From Microcoleus sp. (GTDB taxonomy: Bacteria > Cyanobacteriota > Cyanobacteriia > Cyanobacteriales > Microcoleaceae), in contig CP181291.1 in NCBI GenBank assembly GCA_052279835.1, positions 3,296,001 to 3,360,000 of the forward strand: a DNA stretch of 64,000 bases, given 5' to 3'. Within the stretch, counting starts at the first letter, position 1. Each line of letters starts with the position of its first letter. The translations under genes and the position numbers were made by a program. The notes below the pieces were generated by a model. It was not told the DNA's origin, did not search any database, and was given only the letters and a program-made list of their open reading frames with translations. Below are positions 19,601-28,282 of this stretch, piece by piece.

Positions 19601-22110
19601 ATCACAGCCCGCGCATCTTTAATCGAAAAACTTCGCAGTTGATAGCGGATGCTTTTGTCGAGAATATTATTATTAATGGCGTCGAGATTGGGAAAGCGAT
19701 CGCAGTCTAGTAAATAATGTAAATAATCTTCTCTCAGACAGAGTATTACTTTGACAAAAGGGAGATTTAGAAACAAACGTAAAAACTTATAAAACAGTTG
19801 TCTTTGAGCTACCGAGGTTGAAACAAAGAAAAATTCTTCAAACTGGTCAAATATTAAAATTGTCAATAAATTATTCTGGGAATTTTGTCGCAATTGTTCA
19901 ACCAAAAAAGATGAAGCTTCTTCGGTACGCCCTGGTATGACTAATTGATTTTTTCTAGAAAATTCCGCGACTCCATTTTGGATTGATTTCCTGTCTTCTT
20001 CGACTTGTTTTTCGTACAGCGCGCCATTTAAAGCATTTTCCAATTCTCTGAGCCAATCACTATAAACTTTGACTAATACAGGCAAAGTATCCCGTGCGCC
20101 GGGAGTGATATTTTTTAAAGCTGGTACTAATCCCGCATTGACTAAAGAACTTTTGCCAACTCCGCTGGGCCCGTGAATAATCGTTAATTTATGGTCGTCC
20201 CTGCTAATTCTTTCCAGCAAGTTATTGATATCTTTTTGGCGGGAGTAGGCGGTCATTTCCGCTGCAATTGCTGCTTGATTTTTGGCTGAGGGACTGGACG
20301 GGTTGACGGCTTGTCGCTGCTGCTGCAATTGACTGGCTCCGATAAAAGCTCTAAATCCGTATTGATATTCGATCGATCGCTGGTTTTTTTTAATCCGAAA
20401 AGCCTTGAGGTACTCTCCCTGCTCGAAATAAACCGCTTGTAGTTCGGTCAAAATATCAATGTAAAGCCGGGGGTCGTACTTCGGCTCGCTTTGACTTTGA
20501 GCCAATTCCAAAGAATGAACTGCGGCTTCCCACTGTCCTAGTTGTCGCAAACTTTGGGCTAACAGTAAAAGATAGGAACTTCTGTCGGATTTAGGATGCT
20601 GGATTTTAGATTTGGGTTCGTTAATTGACTGGTTAGTCCCGACAAACTCTGGATAGTTCCCGGAAAAACCCAATCTTAAATCTTCAATTAGCAATCTCAA
20701 ATCGTTAGGGGTTTGATCTAGTATCGCTAAGGCCAACTCGGCTAGCTGACGGGCTTGACTCCACCTCGACTGTTGCAGCGCCACTTCTGCCAAAAAGCCG
20801 TAATCTTGAGCTAGCTGGCTCGGAGTTCCGTAGGTGAAATGTAGTTGCAAGGAATTTTCTGCCAATGCTTGCAATTCTCCCCAAGCTTCCAGGCGTTGTA
20901 ATACCTCTCCTAGGTGTGCCGTTACCTCTGCTACTAATTCGGGGCGATCGGCAAGGGAGAAGGCATTTCTAGACTGTTCCAGGCTAATCCAGGCTTGCTC
21001 CCAATGCTGGCGGTTGGCTACTGGATTTCTGGCTGCTTGTAAGCGGTGACACAGGGCTATGTGAAACAGCACTATGCCTTCTCTTTCTAAAAAAAGAATA
21101 TTCTGGACTGGATTAGACAAAGTGCAGGAAAGGTTTTGTGTTTCCCAGGACTTTTCCCAGTTTTTGAGTTCCCAATTGCCGGTTTGTTGCTGCCAAAATA
21201 CTAAGCTTTGTTGGTAGTGGATCAAAGCGGTTTCGGTTTCGTCGCTGACGTAGTAGTCTCTACCGAGAACGAATTGCAGGCTAGCTTCCAGGGCTGGTTC
21301 TAATTGTTGGTCGCGATTTTGTAAATCTCTTAAAGCTAATTCGAGTTCTCGGCGCGATAAGGAACCGATCGCCAAATCGAGGTTATTTCCCGGACTCAAG
21401 GGCGAATAGGACTGGATATTGGATGTTTGGGAGTTTGGCGATCGAGGATGAGGTGTGAGAAAACGCTCCCCCTGCCGGATTTCGCTCTCCTGAGTGGGTT
21501 TTTCTAAGTCGGTGTCGTCGTAGGTGCGAAAGCCGGATTTGGTGGCTGTGCTGTTTTCCCATTGTGGGTTGAGTTCGCCTACTCGAAATATGCCATCAGC
21601 TCGCTGAGCCAGAAAATCGATCAATTCGTCCACGGCCATTTCAAATTTAATTGTGGCCGCGGCCCAACTTTTGAAATCCGGGGCGAGACGGATCATTTTG
21701 GTTACGATGTCATCTGTCACCCACAACACCACCGGACAGGAAAAATTTTTGCGAAATTCGTCTCGCACTTGATTGGTAGATGCCATCACTTCGTCGATCG
21801 CTACTACTGTTTCTAAGCCGAACACCATCACAGCAGAGACCGCAGCCCCTGGGGACTGCCCGTGGTTTTGGGTGTTGGCGAGCAAGGTAGTGTAGAGGGT
21901 TTTGACTCCTGGCCGTAGGACTAGATCTTGGATGGGCAGTGGGGACATTTGTCGCAGTCGCTTGACCATTTGCTGGCGCAAGTGCTCGTAGTTGCAGCGC
22001 ACCAAGATTAGGGAGAATTGCTGTTGAGACATCGCGATCGACCGTACCAGCGTTTTGAGCGATCGCTCGTTATAGCTGGCAGTTTCTCGTAATTTAATCA
22101 TGTCTGTCAT
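16636..22110 (-). CDS. Large STAND-type NTPase with TPR-like region, TM segment and about 14 C-terminal WD40 repeats
   Basis: Walker A GPSGVGKSS, Walker B ILIFDQFEEFF, and many GH...V.SV.FSPDG..LASAS.D.TVKLW repeats. Confidence 0.9.
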   Translation of the reverse strand: MTDMIKLRETASYNERSLKTLVRSIAMSQQQFSLILVRCNYEHLRQQMVKRLRQMSPLPIQDLVLRPGVKTLYTTLLANTQNHGQSPGAAVSAVMVFGLETVVAIDEVMASTNQVRDEFRKNFSCPVVLWVTDDIVTKMIRLAPDFKSWAAATIKFEMAVDELIDFLAQRADGIFRVGELNPQWENSTATKSGFRTYDDTDLEKPTQESEIRQGERFLTPHPRSPNSQTSNIQSYSPLSPGNNLDLAIGSLSRRELELALRDLQNRDQQLEPALEASLQFVLGRDYYVSDETETALIHYQQSLVFWQQQTGNWELKNWEKSWETQNLSCTLSNPVQNILFLEREGIVLFHIALCHRLQAARNPVANRQHWEQAWISLEQSRNAFSLADRPELVAEVTAHLGEVLQRLEAWGELQALAENSLQLHFTYGTPSQLAQDYGFLAEVALQQSRWSQARQLAELALAILDQTPNDLRLLIEDLRLGFSGNYPEFVGTNQSINEPKSKIQHPKSDRSSYLLLLAQSLRQLGQWEAAVHSLELAQSQSEPKYDPRLYIDILTELQAVYFEQGEYLKAFRIKKNQRSIEYQYGFRAFIGASQLQQQRQAVNPSSPSAKNQAAIAAEMTAYSRQKDINNLLERISRDDHKLTIIHGPSGVGKSSLVNAGLVPALKNITPGARDTLPVLVKVYSDWLRELENALNGALYEKQVEEDRKSIQNGVAEFSRKNQLVIPGRTEEASSFLVEQLRQNSQNNLLTILIFDQFEEFFFVSTSVAQRQLFYKFLRLFLNLPFVKVILCLREDYLHYLLDCDRFPNLDAINNNILDKSIRYQLRSFSIKDARAVIGHLTERAEFYLEPELINAFVEDLSDELQEIRPIELQVVGAQLQEENITTIEQYQQLGDNPKAELVKRSLERVISDCGPVNEDAAWKILFSLTDERGVRLIKTKHELSLVTGVQPEDVEEPDLSGMGRISLISLQRKLGKNSEIEPKKTDNLELILDILVGHGLLFLLRESPEDRYQLVHDYLVRPIRDRFGLEARLHKAEADKNMSQAQLYRANIFLKQLLGLAAIGVLLLTSSTVAAVNFWWRAVGQKQLAVAQTQRAEISTLTAASEALYFSNNKFDAMMESLRAGRQWRQIEHSQETHTLKDTEILISASLQQAVYGIKERNRLEGHGDVVWGLNFSPDGQTIASASVDKTVKLWARGGSLLATFKGHTNNVTSVAFSPDSKTIASGSLDKTIKLWKTDGTLLATFKGHTNSVTSVTFSPDGQTIASSSTDKTVKLWKTDGTLLQTIQQLAPVNWVSLSHNGQIIAVASDDGTVKLWSSDGRLIANLWHSENKKPSKVYTVSFSPDGETLASGGEDNTVKIWNVSSLQNNPQVNSIDKTDLLLTTLRGHSKWVFGVSFSPDGQTLASGGADRTVKLWSLVDIHGKQPLDAAKFKPVGRLLRTFEGHADRVTQVSFSPDGKTLASASFDKTIRLWRLDDVPLKTLDGHHNRVLSVTFSPDGQRLASASMDKTIKIWSRTGVLLETLEGHTQRVSSLSFSPDGLLLASGSHDKTVKIWSLKEDGITNMLPCPSAPLFPCSPSVLFTLDGHSDSVTSVSFSPDSEIVASASKDKTIKLWTRNGRLIKTLTGHKAWVTSVSFNPDGSMLASASDDGTVKLWNRDGRLLRTFEGAHNSFVLGVAFSPDGQMLASAGYDNSVKLWNVDGTLVATLLKGSSDSVTSVSFSPDGLLIASGSYDRKVKLWSRSGTLLKTLTGHKDSVMSVSFSPDGKVLASAGRDNRVILWNLDLDDLLVRGCDWVGDYLRTNPNVSDRDRRLCDGVAPKSQF

Positions 22111-22812
22111 GCGTGCACCCCATTTCCAGAAATAAACAACCTAATGATGACTGAAACTGTCTCTACTTATATACACTTATTTCCTTCAAGCACTTTATAC
22201 CTTTATTACTACGTAATTTTTCGCACTTATCTAGTCTCTCCAGCCCTACTCTCCCTAGTTCAATCCAAACACATCATACCTCTCAATCTAATAGAAAGCT
22301 AGATTTATATATAAATATTAAATTAAAATTAATGTGTTTTTTAGTCAGCTACAGATAAATTTATCTAGGGGATGAATGGCTAGTTGCTAACCTATGATAT
22401 CAACTCCGGTTAAGTGCTGATAAATAGTCTACTGGTATAGGCTTGAGAGCGGAACGAAGCAATGGTGTAACAGCACTATTCTCCGTATTAAATCTGACAT
22501 CATCTGAGAACTCTCGGACTTAGCTATTAGTGTCAACGCAGAATTATCTGTAGCAGGCACTCAGCCAAACCAAAGGACACAAAAATTTATGAGATAGGGG
22601 ATAAGACTATGTGAGGTTAAAAGCAATAGGTAAAACCAGCCCTAGGGGGTCTGACATGGGAACATCCTAGGGCTGCAAATATCTCCTAAAGGATAGAGAT
22701 TTTAGATGGGAGATTTTATAACTAAAAAATGGCCCCCCTCAATGGAGCCGGGGGCTTGTTCTAGTTTTAATTTCAAATCTGTCTGCTCCCGAAGCAATCT
22801 CAAAATTTAAAA

Positions 22813-24144
22813 CTATTTTTGGTGCACTCGCTGTTGCCACTCCTTATATTTTCTAGTTTCTGCTAGGGCTGGATTGATACCAAACCAGCGACCTTCGGGA
22901 TCGCGATATTCAAAAACAAACATACTTCGCAATAAAATTTGAGACTCTTCTTCACCAGTCACTGTTTGTCGGTTTACGACTTGAAACAACAATTCCCATT
23001 CCGTATCGTTGACTGCTCCCAACAAGTCATCGCGATATTCTTGAATGACACTTTCCAAACATTCGCGAGTAAAAGGCGGGTCTTCGTGCTGCAAACAGCT
23101 ATACAACAGCATCAGTAGATTGCGAACGTGACCGCCACTAATGCGGCAGAGTCTGTCTAAGGTTTCAGGAGAGTCGAACACCTTGGAAATCAAATCGAGG
23201 CGTTGGGAAGGAGCAACCTTGGGGAAAGCTCTAGCCAATACGAGCTGGCGTAGTAGGGCCATTCCTTCCGAGTGGTCTTCCCCCGATCGAATTTGTACCG
23301 GAACCATCGGCATCACCTTGGGTTTAACTCCAAATCTACTGGCGAGTCTACCGAAGTCATTGGAAAAAATTAAAGTCAGAGGAATAGTGTAGACTACGTG
23401 GCAATTGAGTTTTTTCAACTGTTCGCCACGGTCTAAAAAAAGGTATTCTGGCTGGGTGCGTCCGCTGGGTTTGAGACCTCCGTCGAGGCGATCGAGGTTA
23501 TCAACAATCACGGCGAGTCCTTTTTTGCCTTGGCGTTTGAGTTCGAGGTTGGCTACATTAAGGAGTTCTTCGTTAATTGACTGCAAGATGCTATTAGTGC
23601 GGGGTTCCAGGTATTGTCTAAGCTGCGATCTTAGTTTGGGAGAGTCTTTAGTTTTAGCAGTAACTCTAGCAATCCCTACAGATAACTCTGCTTCTGCGGA
23701 TAAATCAATGGGAGTCTGCAAAAATTCTGCGACTTCTGCAAACAGATTAGTGAAATAACTTGGTCTGACTTTAATTTTGGCTGACTCCATCGTTTCGCTG
23801 ACTTGGCGAGCAATGCTCAGCAAAATATCGCTGATGTCTACGTCACCCATGTCTAAATCTTGAGAAGACTCAAAGTAAACGACGTAAAAACCCTCTTGCT
23901 CTAGCTCAGCTTTAAGTCGAAACAACTCAGTAGATTTGCCACAGCCGATATGTCCTGTAAATAGTTGACAAGTAGGCTGGTCTGGGGAGATACGGGTAAT
24001 AGTCCGCTGCAAAGATTCAATGATTTTACCGCCCCGTACCGAAGCAAAATCAATGTAGTATTGATAATCTCCTGGGTCGCCCGCGACAAGGGTCTTGCTA
24101 GGGTTGCAGGCTTTATAGAATCTGTCTAATTCCAGTGCGATCAC
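22813..24144 (-). CDS. P-loop AAA-type ATPase
   Basis: Walker A GHIGCGKST, Walker B VIVDNLD, SGGHVRNLL. Confidence 0.85.
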   Translation of the reverse strand: MIALELDRFYKACNPSKTLVAGDPGDYQYYIDFASVRGGKIIESLQRTITRISPDQPTCQLFTGHIGCGKSTELFRLKAELEQEGFYVVYFESSQDLDMGDVDISDILLSIARQVSETMESAKIKVRPSYFTNLFAEVAEFLQTPIDLSAEAELSVGIARVTAKTKDSPKLRSQLRQYLEPRTNSILQSINEELLNVANLELKRQGKKGLAVIVDNLDRLDGGLKPSGRTQPEYLFLDRGEQLKKLNCHVVYTIPLTLIFSNDFGRLASRFGVKPKVMPMVPVQIRSGEDHSEGMALLRQLVLARAFPKVAPSQRLDLISKVFDSPETLDRLCRISGGHVRNLLMLLYSCLQHEDPPFTRECLESVIQEYRDDLLGAVNDTEWELLFQVVNRQTVTGEEESQILLRSMFVFEYRDPEGRWFGINPALAETRKYKEWQQRVHQK

Positions 24145-24474
24145 AATTGAAGCTAACTAAAAGTTAAATTGTTTAGAGAAAGTATATACTTTCAAACTCT
24201 AGTTTAGTTTGAATTTTCGCCTTTTGCCCTGTGGGGTAATGCCCTCAATACCTAAACAACCTCTGTCTGCTCATCGGCTTCCCGATGCTTAAATTCTAAA
24301 TAACTAACTAATTTTTGGGGGCCAACTGGATCAGTAATCTTACTGAGCTGACGAGGAATTTGGGTAATTTTGCGGGGATCTGCTTAAATAGTAGGGGAAA
24401 AGGAGACAGCTTGAGAAAAATTCAAGAGTTTTGAGTTGTCAATACTTTATAATTACCAAATTGTCAAGAGGTAG

Positions 24475-25341
24475 ATGGCTAGTTTTGCATCAGTGTCAGA
24501 AACAGAGTTAGGGCACAGACGCCAACAGTTGCAGCGGCTTCGTCGCGCTCGATTGGCGACTGTGGTGTGGCAACTGCTGGCTGCCAGTGGGATGGCTGGG
24601 GGTCTAGTGTGGTGGATAGCCCAGCCGACTTGGTTGATTGCTCGATCGGAACAAGTGAAGGTGGAGGGGAATCATTGGCTTTCGGACAAGGCAGTCCGGT
24701 CTTTGATGCCACTTTCTTACCCCCAGTCTCTGTGGGGGATTCAACCGCAAGCCCTAGCTTCTAAACTCGAAGCCACCGGTCCGATCGCCAAAGCCAAGGT
24801 GACTCGCAACCTATTTCCGCCAAGTTTGACCGTAGAAGTGGCAGAACGGCTGCCAGTGGCAGTGGCCCAACCTAGGGCGGTGACTACCACCGGCCACGAC
24901 AAGCAAAAAGTAGGGTGGCTGGATGCTAGGGGAGGTTGGATGCCCTTTGACAGCTATACTACTGATAAACAATCCCAAAGTAGCTCCCTGGGCAACAACA
25001 GTCAGGAAACACAGTCTCAGCGTTCTTTGCCAAGTTTAAAAGTCATTGGAGACTGGGAACTCTATCGCGCCGAATGGCCGCAGTTTTATCAAGGGTTCAG
25101 CACTTTGGCGTTGAAAGTGTTTGAAATAGATTGGCAAGACCCGAATAACTTGATCCTGAAAACAGAGATTGGAACTGTACACCTAGGTCCCCATAGTTCC
25201 AAAACCATCGAGCAACTGAAAGTTTTAGACCGGATGCGACAATTGCCAAAACAGCTAGATGCCAGCAAAATAGCCTACATTGACTTGAAAAATCCGGCTT
25301 TTCCCGTCGTCCACCGAACCTCCATCCTCCGCAGTTGGTGA
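24475..25341 (+). CDS. ftsQ: Cell division protein FtsQ/DivIB
   Basis: Single TM, POTRA-like region (VKVEGNHWLS...VTRNLFPPSLTVEVAER), YIDLKNP end, directly upstream of ftsZ. Confidence 0.9.
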   Translation: MASFASVSETELGHRRQQLQRLRRARLATVVWQLLAASGMAGGLVWWIAQPTWLIARSEQVKVEGNHWLSDKAVRSLMPLSYPQSLWGIQPQALASKLEATGPIAKAKVTRNLFPPSLTVEVAERLPVAVAQPRAVTTTGHDKQKVGWLDARGGWMPFDSYTTDKQSQSSSLGNNSQETQSQRSLPSLKVIGDWELYRAEWPQFYQGFSTLALKVFEIDWQDPNNLILKTEIGTVHLGPHSSKTIEQLKVLDRMRQLPKQLDASKIAYIDLKNPAFPVVHRTSILRSW

Positions 25342-25902
25342 AAACTCAAGTCCCTCACCAACTCCCTCGCAAAATTGAGCTGCACCATCGCCCTGGTGAG
25401 ACAGCCCCAGGGACAAGTCAAGCAAAAATAATGAATCGAAAGATTTCGATCGATTTAACTCTCGGCTAGTTGTGAGACCAAATCCAGGCTTGGGAATATT
25501 CAGGCTTGCTTGCGCTAGTTTTTTGCGCAACTTAGCCTATAGTTGATTGTAAATTAGTGCTTAGCTAGCAAGCTGTAAAGTTCATACTCCTGGGATCTCT
25601 ACTGACCACAAAGGCGCGCGCTAACCATACCGGAGAAATCCGACCGGGAGAAATCCCCAAATGAAACGCCCTACCGAGGCGGTCTTTTGAGAATAATATC
25701 GGTAGTCTCTATCCTGCAATGCCAGCAGGTATGCCAAGGAGTTTCACCACTTTTGAGGCGCAACGGTTCCCTCACCGACCACAGGAATAGTTATGTCACC
25801 CTTACCATGCTTTCCTTTTCCTCTCACCGCCGCTCGGCTGAGCGCTCACGTCGAAGCCAAACTGAGTAAAGCATTGGCGGGAGTCTCCAAGGAGGAAGAG
25901 AG

Positions 25903-27171
25903 ATGACCCTGAATCCTAAACAGGGGTCTGGCGAAGACAGTCCCCCTTCCGAAGAAGTCAAAAATTTTCCGGTGGCTTACGATTCCACCAATCCATTTAG
26001 ACGCAAGTCTGGTTATGTAAATGTAGATAGTATTGATATCGATCCTATGGTCAATCCCAAAGAAATCATGCCCAGTAGTGCAGCCAAAATCAAAGTAATT
26101 GGCGTCGGCGGGGGTGGGGGCAATGCCGTTAACCGCATGATTGCTAGCGAGGTTTCGGGCGTTGAATTTTGGTGCGTGAATACCGATTCCCAAGCTCTAG
26201 TTCTATCCAACGCACCCAAACGCTTGCAAGTAGGACAAAAGCTGACGCGCGGTTTGGGTGCCGGAGGCAATCCTGCCATCGGTCAAAAGGCTGCTGAGGA
26301 ATCTCGCGACGAAGTTGCCAATGCGTTAAATCACGCAGATTTGGTGTTTATCACCGCAGGTATGGGCGGCGGTACGGGTACGGGCGCGGCACCGATTGTG
26401 GCTGAGGTTGCTAAGGAAATGGGCGCTTTGACTGTGGGGATAGTCACCCGACCTTTTACTTTTGAGGGGCGGCGTCGTACCAGTCAAGCTGAGGAAGGCA
26501 TCGCAGAGTTGAAAAGCCGAGTTGATACCCTGATCGTGATTCCCAACGATAAGCTGTTGTCGGTGATTTCCGAACAAATGCCTGTACAAGAGGCTTTTCG
26601 AGTTGCTGACGATATCCTGCGCCAAGGGGTTCAGGGTATTTCTGATATTATTACTATTCCTGGTTTGGTAAACGTTGACTTTGCTGACGTGCGGGCTGTC
26701 ATGGCTGATGCAGGTTCGGCGCTGATGGGTATTGGCGTGGGTTCTGGCAAGTCGCGGGCTAGGGAAGCGGCGATGCAGGCGATTTCTTCGCCGTTGCTGG
26801 AAGCTTCTTCTATAGAGGGCGCTAGAGGTGTGGTGTTTAACATTACTGGCGGCACTGATATGACCTTGCACGAGGTGAATGCGGCCGCCGAAACCATTTA
26901 CGAGGTGGTCGATCCCAATGCCAATATTATATTTGGCGCGGTGATTGACGAGCGGCTTCAGGGCGAAATTAAGATTACTGTGATCGCTACTGGTTTTTCG
27001 GGGGAAATTCCAGCGCAGCAGCCGGTGAGTAGGACGCAAAATGCTAATGCTCCTTGGCGGGCTGCTACTGTTCAGGTGGCTCCGGCTCAATCGACGCCTG
27101 ACCCGAAACAGCAACAGGATTCAGCATTGGATATTCCAGCTTTTTTGCGCAAGCGACTGCCACCAAGATGA
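25903..27171 (+). CDS. ftsZ: Cell division protein FtsZ
   Basis: [22 protein letters not shown] tubulin motif, C-terminal [19 protein letters not shown]. Confidence 0.99.
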   Translation: MTLNPKQGSGEDSPPSEEVKNFPVAYDSTNPFRRKSGYVNVDSIDIDPMVNPKEIMPSSAAKIKVIGVGGGGGNAVNRMIASEVSGVEFWCVNTDSQALVLSNAPKRLQVGQKLTRGLGAGGNPAIGQKAAEESRDEVANALNHADLVFITAGMGGGTGTGAAPIVAEVAKEMGALTVGIVTRPFTFEGRRRTSQAEEGIAELKSRVDTLIVIPNDKLLSVISEQMPVQEAFRVADDILRQGVQGISDIITIPGLVNVDFADVRAVMADAGSALMGIGVGSGKSRAREAAMQAISSPLLEASSIEGARGVVFNITGGTDMTLHEVNAAAETIYEVVDPNANIIFGAVIDERLQGEIKITVIATGFSGEIPAQQPVSRTQNANAPWRAATVQVAPAQSTPDPKQQQDSALDIPAFLRKRLPPR

Positions 27172-27220
27172 TTGGGGATTTGAGATTTGGGATTTGAGAT
27201 GGAATCTTAAATCTTAAATC

Positions 27221-27985
27221 TTAAATTTCTAGGGTTTGACCTGGTTCGGGTTCGAGAAGTTGGGTTGTAAGTCCTGAATTTGTCAGTAAGTCCCGAAATT
27301 CGGCGATGCTGCCGATCGATCGCACCAACATTGGTAAAATACCCGTGGCTCGGATGTCTCCCATAGTTGTAGGTAGGAAAAACCTAGGCTTTAGGGCTTG
27401 GGCGAGGCTCAGGGCACCCGATGGCCCGATGATGATTTGTCCGAGGAAGGGGAAAATTTGACCGATGACAGGGGCGATCGCTACGTCTACTGTCTCTATT
27501 TTTTGTTTAACTTTTTCTAAGTTTGGTAAGTGTGGCTCGTAGTAGAGTGTTTCGCCACTGGTTAAGTCTTTGAGCAAATAACCGTTTTCTTCCTGTCCGG
27601 GCTGGATTTCGGCTCCGGGAACTGCGGTTATTTGTAACTTTTCTTGATAATTAAATTCTTGCCAATTTGCTAAAGATGTGATATTTGTATAGCCTAAACT
27701 GCTGAGAACTTTGGCGGCGGTGGGAGATGCGATCGCAGGAATTGTGCGATCGAGCCGTTCGAGAGTAGGTTTGTGGCAGTGGTCGTCTAATCCTTGGGTA
27801 ATCAGCAACAAGTCGATGGGCGGTAATGTGTCGGGAGTGAAAGCAACAGGCGTGTTGTGGTAGGCAGTGAACAGCCAGGGTTGACCGTAAAATACGAGGG
27901 GATCGACCAGCCAGGGATCGACCAGGATAGTTTTGTCTGCTAGGTGAAAAATCCAAGAATTGAGGTCAATTCGGGTGAGTTTCAT
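27221..27985 (-). CDS. MBL-fold metallo-hydrolase
   Basis: ILVDPWL and LLITQGLDDHCH variant of the HxHxDH motif. Confidence 0.85.
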   Translation of the reverse strand: MKLTRIDLNSWIFHLADKTILVDPWLVDPLVFYGQPWLFTAYHNTPVAFTPDTLPPIDLLLITQGLDDHCHKPTLERLDRTIPAIASPTAAKVLSSLGYTNITSLANWQEFNYQEKLQITAVPGAEIQPGQEENGYLLKDLTSGETLYYEPHLPNLEKVKQKIETVDVAIAPVIGQIFPFLGQIIIGPSGALSLAQALKPRFFLPTTMGDIRATGILPMLVRSIGSIAEFRDLLTNSGLTTQLLEPEPGQTLEI

Positions 27986-28282
27986 GGTTGTTTTAAATAA
28001 TACTTTACAATTCTTTCAATCATAGCAATTTAGTTGCGATTTTAAGAGTGGCCAGAGGCAGAGCATCCCATCCTGAAAGGGAAGCAACCAAAAATCAGTC
28101 TGCGATGCTCTAGAAACAAATCATCGTAACGGGCTAGAATTTATACACTAACAAGATGCCCTACGGCTCTTGTAGGGCGATGGATTTTAAATTTTAGATT
28201 TTAGATTTTAGGATAAATCCCTGGGATAAATCTGGGGAGTTCTTATGGGATATAAAGCCTGGGGTTTATAGGAGAATTTTCA

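Noticed and set aside
25342..25902. Long ftsQ-ftsZ spacer as an ncRNA or small gene
   Set aside because: No recognisable RNA family or convincing ORF; long ftsZ promoter regions are ordinary.
26326..27114. 262-aa antisense ORF and similar shadow ORFs in the CHASE2, WD40, minD and channel genes
   Set aside because: Fully overlap well-supported genes; typical alternative-frame artefacts.
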